DNA of 24,766 bases from Bdellovibrionales bacterium (GTDB lineage: Bacteria; Bdellovibrionota; Bdellovibrionia; Bdellovibrionales; DASUEL01). The position numbers and the translations under genes are program-made. Numbering within the stretch: the first letter of the stretch is position 1; every line of letters begins with the position of its first letter. Shown piece by piece: positions 17,256 through 24,766 of this stretch. The notes under the pieces are model-generated. The model ran no database searches, was not told where the DNA came from, and was given only the letters and a program-made list of their open reading frames with translations. Location: NCBI GenBank assembly GCA_050250255.1, contig JBFWOZ010000044.1, positions 1-24,766 on the forward strand, written 5' to 3'.

Positions 17256-18615
17256 ACTTTTTGGGACGGATGGAATTCGCGGAACGGCAAACGCATATCC
17301 TGTGACAACCGATATCGTCATGAAAGTGGGCCAGGCTCTCGGGCTTCTCTTGCGTGAAGCGCGCGAAAGAGGATCACAAAAACATGTCAGTAAAGTGGTC
17401 ATTGGAAAAGACACACGTCTTTCCAACTATATGATTGAGCAGGCGCTTGCGAGCGGATTGAACTCTATGGGAATCAATGTTCAACTTGTGGGGCCGCTCC
17501 CGACTCCGGGAATTGGCTTCATCACAAAAAATATGCGTGCAGATGCGGGAATTGTGATTTCGGCGTCTCATAACCAGTATCAAGATACAGGTGTAAAAAT
17601 CTTTGGGCCTGATGGTTATAAGATTTCCGAGGAAATGGAGTCAGAAATTGAACGACTTGTATTTCAAGAAAACTTGAATGAATTGTTACCTCCATCAGAA
17701 GGTGTGGGGCGAAGTAGGCGTATCGACGATGCTTTAGGTCGTTACGTGGTATTTGTGAAAAACACTTTTCCTCAAGATAAAACTCTTGATGGGTATCGCA
17801 TTGTTTTAGATTGTGCGAATGGTGCTGCTTATAAAGTGGCCCCTGCGGTTCTTGAGGAGTTGGGAGCAGAAGTGATTGTGCTCTCAAATACGCCGAACGG
17901 AACAAACATCAATCACAAATGTGGCGCGCTCTTCCCAGAAAATATGACCGATGCTGTGAGAGCGTACCGTGCCGATGTGGGTTTGAGTTTAGATGGAGAT
18001 GCCGACCGAGTCATCATGGCTGATGAAAAAGGAATTGCGCTTTCTGGAGACCATATTCTCGCGATCTCTGCGTTAGACCTCTTTCAACGCAAACAGTTGC
18101 CTCATAATACAATCGTGTCCACCGAGATGAGTAACTTTGGCCTCGAGCGTGCCATGTCTGAAAATGGCATTAAGGTGGTGAAAACCAAAGTGGGTGATAA
18201 GTATGTTGTGGAAGCCATGAGAGCGAATGGCTATGTGCTTGGAGGAGAATCTTCTGGCCACATTATTTTTTCTGAGCACAGCACAACGGGTGATGGTTTA
18301 ATTGCGGGCCTAGCGGTTCTTGCCGTGATGGTGAAGACCCAAAAACCTTTGAGTCAAATTCGGAATGTGATGGAAGATGTCCCTCAGGTTTTGCGAAACA
18401 TTCGGGTGAAGAAACGAACTCAACTCGAGCAAATCAAGGGGTATTCTGATCTTGTGAGCGACATTAATCAAAAACTCAAGGGCGTGGGACGTACCTTTAT
18501 TCGTTATTCCGGAACTGAGCCACTGATTCGTGTCTTGGTGGAAGGCCCAGATCAAAATGCGATCACGCAGTATGCGGATGAAATTGGCATACTCCTTCAA
18601 CGTGAATTGAGCTAA
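17242..18615 (+). CDS. glmM: Phosphoglucosamine mutase
   Basis: LFGTDGIRG, ISASHN phosphoserine motif, DGDADR metal loop and RYSGTEPLIRV. ATG 17242 follows GGAG. Confidence 0.96.
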   Translation: MVKNKLFGTDGIRGTANAYPVTTDIVMKVGQALGLLLREARERGSQKHVSKVVIGKDTRLSNYMIEQALASGLNSMGINVQLVGPLPTPGIGFITKNMRADAGIVISASHNQYQDTGVKIFGPDGYKISEEMESEIERLVFQENLNELLPPSEGVGRSRRIDDALGRYVVFVKNTFPQDKTLDGYRIVLDCANGAAYKVAPAVLEELGAEVIVLSNTPNGTNINHKCGALFPENMTDAVRAYRADVGLSLDGDADRVIMADEKGIALSGDHILAISALDLFQRKQLPHNTIVSTEMSNFGLERAMSENGIKVVKTKVGDKYVVEAMRANGYVLGGESSGHIIFSEHSTTGDGLIAGLAVLAVMVKTQKPLSQIRNVMEDVPQVLRNIRVKKRTQLEQIKGYSDLVSDINQKLKGVGRTFIRYSGTEPLIRVLVEGPDQNAITQYADEIGILLQRELS

Positions 18616-20081
18616 TGATTCGTTTAGCGACATCCCAAGAAAGTTTGGCGATTGATCGACTCACTCAAGAAAAATATGGGATTTCTAGCCGAGATCTCAT
18701 GGATCGTGCAGGGCACGACATTTCTCAAGCTCTTTTGAAAAACGAAAAAAATAATTTAAAGCGCGGACTTTGCCTTATTTTATGTGGGCCTGGAAACAAT
18801 GGTGGTGATGGCCATATTGTAGCTCAGTATCTTCGAAAAGCGCACATCCAAGCTGTGGAAGTTTCTGACGAAATAGCTTTTAAAAAAATTCAAAAACAAT
18901 GGTCTAAGGTCACACTTATTGTAGATGCTTTATTTGGTGTAGGACTCAATCGGGACATCAATGGTTGGTATAAAAAAGCCATTCTTCAAACAAATCAACG
19001 TCGTAAAAAAAATAAAAATCTTCGGGTGATCAGTGTTGATATGCCTAGTGGTTTGAATGCAAACACAGGCCAACTTATGGGAGCGGCGATTTGTGCGGAT
19101 CGTACTTACGCTCTTGGACGCATGAAACCTGGTTTTTTCTTGCGGCAAGGACCGGAACATACGGGGCGAATTTCTTTTTTACCTCTTCAGTTTCCCAAGG
19201 CAGCTATCGAAGAGGTTGCCCAATCGACCTACCTTTTTTCGCGAAAAGATTTTAATAAACTTTTACCTCCACGTTTGGCCTCAGCCAATAAGAGTCATCA
19301 CGGAAAAGCTGTGATTGTTGCGGGCTCTACGGGTAAGTGGGGTGCGGCTCTTTTGGCAACGCGAGCAGCTTTTCGTATTGGTGCGGGCTACGTGATTTGT
19401 TCTAGTTTTGAGTCTCCTGTTGAAGTGTTACAAAGCTCTCCAGAAATTATGACTCTCGACCCTTTGGTGCTTGCCGATTTTTTAGCAAAAAATTCTACAA
19501 GAGTAGGAATGGCAATTGGTCCTGGTTTAGGTTTCTCGGAAAAAACAGCTCACTGGTTAGAAAAAATGATTGAGCTCGCACCTCAACAAGTCATCTTGGA
19601 CGCCGACGCACTTACAATTTGTGCTGAAAAAAAACTGACTTCATTACCACCAACATGGGTTTTAACTCCCCACTCTGGAGAGCTCGCAAGACTCATGGAG
19701 ACAAGTGCCACAACTATAGAAAGTGATCCTCTTTTTTGGACAGAGAAAGCAACTCAGAAAATGGGATGCCATGTTCTCTTAAAAGGCTATCATTCCATTT
19801 TAGGTGTTCGATCTGAAGAAGGATGTAAGTGTCTTATTATTCCCACGGGAAATGCGGCTCTTGCAAAAGCCGGGAGTGGGGATGTGCTTTCTGGATTGAT
19901 CGCGGGTTTGATGAGCCAGGGATTACCTGCGTGGATGGCCACGGCGATGGCAGCTTATCTTCATGGCGCTATTGCCGACCGCTGGTTGAAGGAAGGAAAC
20001 GATATTGCGAGTCTTTTAACCTCTGAATTGTTAGAACTTCTCCCAGAAACTCTTTATCAATTAAGATTGGGGCCGACGTGA
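18615..20081 (+). CDS. nnr: Bifunctional NAD(P)H-hydrate epimerase/dehydratase (YjeF)
   Basis: CGPGNNGGDG, VDALFGVG, DMPSG, IGPGLG, LDADAL, LTPHSGE and LAKAGSGDVLSG. Confidence 0.94.
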   Translation: MIRLATSQESLAIDRLTQEKYGISSRDLMDRAGHDISQALLKNEKNNLKRGLCLILCGPGNNGGDGHIVAQYLRKAHIQAVEVSDEIAFKKIQKQWSKVTLIVDALFGVGLNRDINGWYKKAILQTNQRRKKNKNLRVISVDMPSGLNANTGQLMGAAICADRTYALGRMKPGFFLRQGPEHTGRISFLPLQFPKAAIEEVAQSTYLFSRKDFNKLLPPRLASANKSHHGKAVIVAGSTGKWGAALLATRAAFRIGAGYVICSSFESPVEVLQSSPEIMTLDPLVLADFLAKNSTRVGMAIGPGLGFSEKTAHWLEKMIELAPQQVILDADALTICAEKKLTSLPPTWVLTPHSGELARLMETSATTIESDPLFWTEKATQKMGCHVLLKGYHSILGVRSEEGCKCLIIPTGNAALAKAGSGDVLSGLIAGLMSQGLPAWMATAMAAYLHGAIADRWLKEGNDIASLLTSELLELLPETLYQLRLGPT

Positions 20082-20563
20082 AAAATCAATTTTCTACTCT
20101 AGAGCTCGATTTTATTGAAAACCCCATCTGGTCCCACGAAGTGAGAAATTTGGGTGAGTTTATGAACGTTTTTGAAAGATGGAGCAAGCTTCTCAAAGTG
20201 GGGGATGTGGTTTTGCTCAATGGTGTCGTCGGAGCTGGTAAAACACAATTGGTTCGTACGGTCGTAGAGCATCTTGGAGGTCGGTGGGTGAGTTCTCCAT
20301 CCTTTGCGATCCATCAACGTTATGCGGTCGTAAAACATTTTGTGGATCATGTAGATCTCTACCGTTTGGTGAACGATGCAGATTTAGATTCTACAGGTTT
20401 TTGGGATCTTTTTGATCACCGCGACAGTGTGTTATTTATCGAATGGTCAGAGCGTCTTCCTGATTCAGTATGGCCGAAGAACCGAACACTCTGGAAAATC
20501 AATCTTTCGGTGACGGGCGAAAATTCACGGAAAATTCAAATTGAGAAAAAAAATGGGGCTTGA
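20078..20563 (+). CDS. tsaE: tRNA threonylcarbamoyladenosine biosynthesis ATPase TsaE (YjeE)
   Basis: LNGVVGAGKT, VSSPSF, HVDLYRL and IEW. Follows nnr with a GTGA overlap. Confidence 0.93.
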   Translation: MKNQFSTLELDFIENPIWSHEVRNLGEFMNVFERWSKLLKVGDVVLLNGVVGAGKTQLVRTVVEHLGGRWVSSPSFAIHQRYAVVKHFVDHVDLYRLVNDADLDSTGFWDLFDHRDSVLFIEWSERLPDSVWPKNRTLWKINLSVTGENSRKIQIEKKNGA

Positions 20564-20576
20564 GGCCCCATTTTTT
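20546..20576. terminator. Bidirectional rho-independent terminator
   Basis: A8-TGGGGC-TTGAG-GCCCCA-T6 between convergent genes. The tsaE stop codon lies in the loop. Confidence 0.85.
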
Positions 20577-20600
20577 ATGAACTTAGTTGCTCGGAAGTAA

Positions 20601-21218
20601 TTATCGCGCGTAAGGAATTACGTAGATAAGAGCAAAAAGAGCTGGATCTGCAGCGATGAGAGTTGCAGGAGCTAATGTTCCAGTAGAAACGAGCTTTGTT
20701 GGAGAAGTCTCGTAACCACGTCGAGTAAGAACACTTGCAGTTCCTGCGAATGTTTTGCCACCGTCACGGCTTTTCAAATCCACAGCAACAACACGGCCAC
20801 CGGCGCTCATTTTTGAGCCATCTTTTTTAACGTTCGCCCAAACAGAAGAACCGTTAAATAAAATGCCGGAGAGTCTTGTCTCGTCAGCTTTTGTTTCAAC
20901 AACAAAACGGCTATGTCCGCCTGGAAGTGTTGAAACTTCGATTTCTATTTTTCCATCACGAGTTACATTTCTTCTTACTTCTGTGTTGCCAAAACCAAAG
21001 TGGCCTTCCCACATATTGTTTTTACGCTCAAGTTTCACTGCTCCTGAGCCGTTTCCTAAATTTGACTGGCTACCAGTCACTTTACCGGCATCATGGCTGA
21101 GTTCAAAGCCTGCAGCGAAGTAAGAAAAATCAAGTTCTGCAGTTCCATCAGCGGCCATCGCAGAAGCGCTAAGAAGAGCAGCGGCGGCAAAAGCAGCAAG
21201 TTTAGTAAAAGATTTCAT
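20601..21218 (-). CDS. Secreted hypothetical protein, beta-strand rich with a C-terminal hydrophobic helix
   Basis: RBS AAGGGGGA, Sec signal MKSFTKLAAFAAAALLSASAMA and a 205-aa ORF ending before the terminator. Confidence 0.85.
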   Translation of the reverse strand: MKSFTKLAAFAAAALLSASAMAADGTAELDFSYFAAGFELSHDAGKVTGSQSNLGNGSGAVKLERKNNMWEGHFGFGNTEVRRNVTRDGKIEIEVSTLPGGHSRFVVETKADETRLSGILFNGSSVWANVKKDGSKMSAGGRVVAVDLKSRDGGKTFAGTASVLTRRGYETSPTKLVSTGTLAPATLIAADPALFALIYVIPYAR

Positions 21219-21289
21219 GTAATTCCCCCTTAGAGAATGTTTGTTTGCGGTTCCATACTGTTCCTTCTCTTTAGAAGGAAACGCCTACA

Positions 21290-21317
21290 AGTATGGAGCC
21301 AAATGAGCACCTGTCAA
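21290..21317 (-). promoter_or_regulatory. Candidate sigma70-type promoter for the 20601-21218 gene
   Basis: Minus strand TTGACA (21317-21312), 16-nt spacer, CATACT (21295-21290). Confidence 0.55.
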
Positions 21318-21397
21318 CTGATCGACAGTGAATATTATTCCAATTTTCGAATCAACAGGATTCAATGCGTTAAATATGAAGTTTTCATTTGAATGGC

Positions 21398-22225
21398 TTA
21401 TTCCAAATAGATCGGAAAATTAATAACGAGAGGGTCACCCTTAAAGGAATCGAACTGTGCACGTTGAATCACCTGGAGCAAACAGTTCTTTAAAGTTTCG
21501 TTGTTTAGGGAGGTTTGGATGACTCGAGTTTGAGTGGTCTGGCCGTTTCCTTGAATGGTCGTGGAGAAATAAAATTGGCCTTTGGCTTCGGGGTTTTCTT
21601 TTAGAAGTTGAGCGTAGCAATTCGAAAAGTGTGCGCGAAGGTTTGCGAGCGTGCGCGTGATTTGTTCATCCGTCAGCGGGCCTGGAGTATTGAGAGTGGT
21701 ATTTGATTTTACAGGTTCAGTTGAAAGAGGGGAGATTTGAGTGGTTTTTGACTCTACAACTTCCTCCGTCTGGATTGTGATAGGTTTTGAAATATTGCGG
21801 CCGAGAGGGTCAAATACGACGCCTTCGCGAATAAAATAAACCTTTTCTCCGCTTTGGCCTGACTGAAGAATTTTGTAATCCCCTTTTTTAAAAGTAACAA
21901 AAATATTGTCGGCCATTTCCAGATAAACCACCGTATCACTTAAAAGACTTACTGTGAGACCTGATGGGAATTTAATTGTGGCCTGACTGTCACTTGTTAC
22001 TTCTAAGGTTTCTTGATCATGAATTTGATCACCAGGATTTACCTCTTGAGTCTGTAAGGTTTTTGGAAGCTTTAAAAGGAGGCTTCCGGAGAAGGATTCC
22101 ACTTGAGCCAGTGGAGCTCGGCCGTCACGATTTCCTGAATGACTTAAGTAGTTGGAAAATTGTTTTTGAAACAAAATTAATCCAACACCAACAATCAGAG
22201 CCGAAGCAAAAATCAGTTGTTTCAC
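21398..22225 (-). CDS. Membrane-anchored protein with a FecR-like domain and an AgmX/PglI (TonB_C-like) C-terminal domain
   Basis: N-terminal TM, then G.QI..QETLEV..DSQATIKF.SG..VSL..DT (FecR-like), a P/T-rich linker and FSNCY..LLK.NP...G......I..NG........SL.....NCL...I....F. GTG start. Confidence 0.78.
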   Translation of the reverse strand: MKQLIFASALIVGVGLILFQKQFSNYLSHSGNRDGRAPLAQVESFSGSLLLKLPKTLQTQEVNPGDQIHDQETLEVTSDSQATIKFPSGLTVSLLSDTVVYLEMADNIFVTFKKGDYKILQSGQSGEKVYFIREGVVFDPLGRNISKPITIQTEEVVESKTTQISPLSTEPVKSNTTLNTPGPLTDEQITRTLANLRAHFSNCYAQLLKENPEAKGQFYFSTTIQGNGQTTQTRVIQTSLNNETLKNCLLQVIQRAQFDSFKGDPLVINFPIYLE

Positions 22226-22234
22226 TCGTAGAAA

Positions 22235-22600
22235 TTATTTTGTTTCTGCAGGAGCTGCGGCTGGCGCTTCTGCTTTTTGAGCAGGAACTGGTTCGGCAGC
22301 TGGTGTGCCTGAAATAGGCCCAACAGGAGCGGCAGCTGGAAGAGCTACGCCTTCAAGAACACTTTTTGATTGGCGAATGGTCATCACGGTGAGGGCCACG
22401 CAGCTGATAGCAAATCCAATGGCCAAAACGCGAGTCACTTTTACGAGGAGATTTGTAGCACCTGTGGCACCAAGAATAGAATGAGATCCGCCACCTGCGA
22501 ACATACCGCCTGCAGCACCACCTTTAGAGTCTTGCATCAGCACAAATACGATGAGAAGTAGGGCGATAATTACGTGAAGCGTTGCAACCAGCGTTAACAT
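22235..22600 (-). CDS. secG: Preprotein translocase subunit SecG
   Basis: Two TM helices joined by VLMQDSKGG...G..F.GG, and L.K.T..LA..F. Lies downstream of tpiA. ATG 22600 follows GGAGG. Confidence 0.93.
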   Translation of the reverse strand: MLTLVATLHVIIALLLIVFVLMQDSKGGAAGGMFAGGGSHSILGATGATNLLVKVTRVLAIGFAISCVALTVMTIRQSKSVLEGVALPAAAPVGPISGTPAAEPVPAQKAEAPAAAPAETK

Positions 22601-22632
22601 GTTTCGGGCCTCCAAAAAGATTGAGCTTGAAG

Positions 22633-22661
22633 AATATAAAGGACAATAAACACGGTCGCAA
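22633..22661 (-). promoter_or_regulatory. Candidate internal sigma70-type promoter for secG
   Basis: Minus strand TTGCGA (22661-22656), 17-nt spacer, TATATT (22638-22633) in the tpiA-secG gap. Confidence 0.55.
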
Positions 22662-22664
22662 CCT

Positions 22665-23423
22665 TTAAATCAGCGTTGAGGCAATCACGGAAAAAGAATC
22701 CGCTTTTAAAGAGGCGCCCCCAACCAAGAACCCATCAATGTTGGGTAAAACTGCTAAATCACGAGCATTTTGGGCCGTCACGCTTCCCCCATAGAGGATG
22801 GATGTGTTTTGAGAAACGTTCACGCCAAGAGCCTCTACTAAACAGTTTCTCAAGAACTTGTGGGCGGCCTCTGCCTGATGGGGCTCCGCAACCTTACCGG
22901 TACCAATGGCCCAAACCGGTTCATAAGCGAGAGTAAAGGGAGCCGTATCGATCGCTAAAGCGAGACCTTTTAAAAGTTGTGACTTAATCACTTCTTCCGT
23001 TTTGTTCTGTTCGCGTTCCGCGAGAGTTTCGCCCACACAGAGCATGGGTATGATTCCCTCTTGTTGGAGGGCTTTTACTTTTTTTGCGAGAAGAGCGTCG
23101 TCTTCTTTAAAAATAGATCGTCGTTCGCTATGGCCAACGAGAGTGTAGCGAGCTCCGAGTTCTGCGAGTACTTGAGGAGATGTTTCGCCGGTAAAGGCGC
23201 CACTTTTTTCAAAGTAGCAGTTTTGTGCACCCCAAAAGATTTTTTTTGCATTTGCAGCTTTCAAGCTCTCTTGAACCGTAAGGATATTGAGAGTGGGGGG
23301 GAAAATCACCACGTCCCCCTCAAGGCCCGGTGGCAACAAAGGGATAAACTGCTTTAAGAAATCGCGAGATTCCTGAGGTGTTTTGTTGAGTTTCCAGTTC
23401 GCGGCAGCAATTTTTTTTCTCAT
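22665..23423 (-). CDS. tpiA: Triosephosphate isomerase
   Basis: ANWK, GHSERR, AYEPVWAIGTG, YGGSV and GFLVGGASL. Confidence 0.97.
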   Translation of the reverse strand: MRKKIAAANWKLNKTPQESRDFLKQFIPLLPPGLEGDVVIFPPTLNILTVQESLKAANAKKIFWGAQNCYFEKSGAFTGETSPQVLAELGARYTLVGHSERRSIFKEDDALLAKKVKALQQEGIIPMLCVGETLAEREQNKTEEVIKSQLLKGLALAIDTAPFTLAYEPVWAIGTGKVAEPHQAEAAHKFLRNCLVEALGVNVSQNTSILYGGSVTAQNARDLAVLPNIDGFLVGGASLKADSFSVIASTLI

Positions 23424-24634
23424 AAGCTTGATCTTTTCGGTGGTTTGAGAGCTTCGAGCCCAGGAAGTTTGTCGCCCTGTAAATACTCGAGACTTGCTCC
23501 ACCGCCAGTTGAAATATGTGACATTTTATCTGCGTATCCAGAAGCGTTTACGGCTGAAGCCGAATCGCCACCGCCAACTATGCTGAAGGCTGAAGATTCG
23601 GCGATCGCTTGAGCTACCCGGAAAGAGCCTTTTGAAAAAGCCTCCATTTCAAAAACGCCCATCGGGCCATTCCAGAAAATAGTTCCGGCACGAGAAAGTT
23701 CTTTTGCGTAGAGCTCTGCTGTTTTTGGACCGATATCAAGACCCATCCAGCCTTCGGGAATCGCAGCACTGGAAGTGATTTGAGTTTCGGCTTGAGCGTC
23801 AAATTTTTGAGCGATGATGTGGTCAATAGGCAAGAAAACTTTTTTGTTTCTGGCTTCGAGACGAGCCAGTAGCTCACGTGCGAGAGAAACTTTGTCCTTT
23901 TCAATCTTAGAGCTGCCAGTTGCAATTTTTTGGGCCGCAAGAAAAGTGTAGGCCATCGCCCCACCAATGATAAAAGTATCAATTTTTTCGAGAAGATTTT
24001 CGATCACCCCAATTTTGTCGCTCACTTTAGCGCCTCCTAAGAGGGCACAAAAAGGAGCTTTGGGTGCAGTGAGGACTTGGTCTAACATTTCGAGCTCTTT
24101 TTTAATTAAAAAACCGGCGCCTTTGACTTTCATCATGCGCGGGAGCGCATCTATCGTCGCGTGTGCGCGATGACTCGCCCCAAAAGCATCGTTGATATAA
24201 ACATCTACGAGAGCGGAAAACACCGAGGCCAACTCTTCGGAGTTTTTTTCCTCTCCTTCATCGAAGCGAATGTTTTCAAGAAGCAGAAGTTGATTTTGTT
24301 TTAATCCGTTTAAGAGAGCTTTGGTGGCATCACCCGCAGGCTCTTCAACAAGGTGAACGTCGGCATCTAAGAGTTCCGAGAGTCTTGCTGCGACTGGCTC
24401 AAGCGATAGTTTTCTGCGATCTGCGTTGCCTTGAGGGCGTCCTAAGTGAGAGCACAAAATGATTTTCGCTCGACGCTCAAGCGCATGGCGGATGGTCGGA
24501 AGAGCTGCTTGAATTCTCGTCTCGTCCGTAATTTTTCCCTCTTTTAAGGGAACGTTCAAATCCAGGCGGATAAAAACTTTCTTTTCTTCCAAAGGAATCT
24601 GTTCAATGTACGTGATTCCTGCTGTGTCCGCCAT
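23420..24634 (-). CDS. pgk: Phosphoglycerate kinase
   Basis: RLDLNVP, SHLGRP, NDAFGASHRAH, GGAKVSDKI, WNGPMGVFE and HISTGGGASLE. Confidence 0.97.
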   Translation of the reverse strand: MADTAGITYIEQIPLEEKKVFIRLDLNVPLKEGKITDETRIQAALPTIRHALERRAKIILCSHLGRPQGNADRRKLSLEPVAARLSELLDADVHLVEEPAGDATKALLNGLKQNQLLLLENIRFDEGEEKNSEELASVFSALVDVYINDAFGASHRAHATIDALPRMMKVKGAGFLIKKELEMLDQVLTAPKAPFCALLGGAKVSDKIGVIENLLEKIDTFIIGGAMAYTFLAAQKIATGSSKIEKDKVSLARELLARLEARNKKVFLPIDHIIAQKFDAQAETQITSSAAIPEGWMGLDIGPKTAELYAKELSRAGTIFWNGPMGVFEMEAFSKGSFRVAQAIAESSAFSIVGGGDSASAVNASGYADKMSHISTGGGASLEYLQGDKLPGLEALKPPKRSSL

Positions 24635-24643
24635 ACTGACCTC

Positions 24644-24766
24644 TTAAATTCCGCGTTTTTGCATGTAAAGTGCCAGATCTATCATGCGGTTTGAAAACCC
24701 AACTTCGTTGTCGTACCAAGAGAAAACCTTGAGCAAGTTTGGCCCAGAAACCATGGTGCTTGGAAG
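24644..24766 (-). CDS. gap: Glyceraldehyde-3-phosphate dehydrogenase, C-terminal fragment (5' end outside window)
   Basis: Manual translation of the minus strand gives [40 protein letters not shown], containing the WYDNExGFSxR motif. Lies upstream of pgk. Not in the ORF track. Confidence 0.94.
   Translation of the reverse strand, partial: LPSTMVSGPNLLKVFSWYDNEVGFSNRMIDLALYMQKRGI

Noticed and set aside
20755..21123. 122-aa plus-strand ORF opposite the secreted orphan gene
   Set aside because: It is an antisense shadow. The minus-strand ORF has the RBS, signal peptide, promoter candidate and terminator.
22226..22234. tRNA gene often found downstream of secG
   Set aside because: Only 9 nt separate secG from the next CDS, and I saw no cloverleaf in any intergenic region.
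1..24766. CRISPR array, IS element, integrase, prophage or defence island
   Set aside because: I saw no regularly spaced direct repeats and no transposase, integrase, phage or defence-type proteins. Nearly all the sequence is explained by tightly packed genes.

Overview
A compact, mostly housekeeping bacterial region. It is most consistent with a Bdellovibrionota-type (former deltaproteobacterial) predator; this is inferred from gene content and order, not from a search. Plus strand: the 3' end of recG, carD-gltX-cysS-uvrB, an HPt-like gene, a GHSLG lipase, fbaB-lysS-rhodanese-like lipoprotein, a secreted Cys/Trp-repeat protein, and tilS-ftsH-cdaA-cdaR-glmM-nnr-tsaE. Minus strand: an HD-GYP-like gene, an Nfu-type Fe-S carrier, a secreted hypothetical protein, a FecR-like/AgmX-PglI C-terminal protein, secG, tpiA, pgk and the 3' end of gap. 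I saw no mobile element, CRISPR array, rRNA or tRNA. The most unusual item is a head-to-head pair at 6120-7539: a degenerate HD-GYP gene and a pseudo-HPt gene. Their probable start codons overlap in one CATG, and each gene's RBS and candidate -10 box lie inside the other gene. Other highlights are a secreted protein built from a 2x3 hierarchy of C-x3-[DG]-C-x3-G-W repeats, a tandem-rhodanese lipoprotein whose catalytic Cys is replaced by Ser, a c-di-AMP synthesis module, and clean absences of ispDF, folP and pdxJ-acpS from otherwise conserved gene clusters. All family calls come from motif recognition by eye, and several starts were moved from the ORF track to RBS-supported codons.
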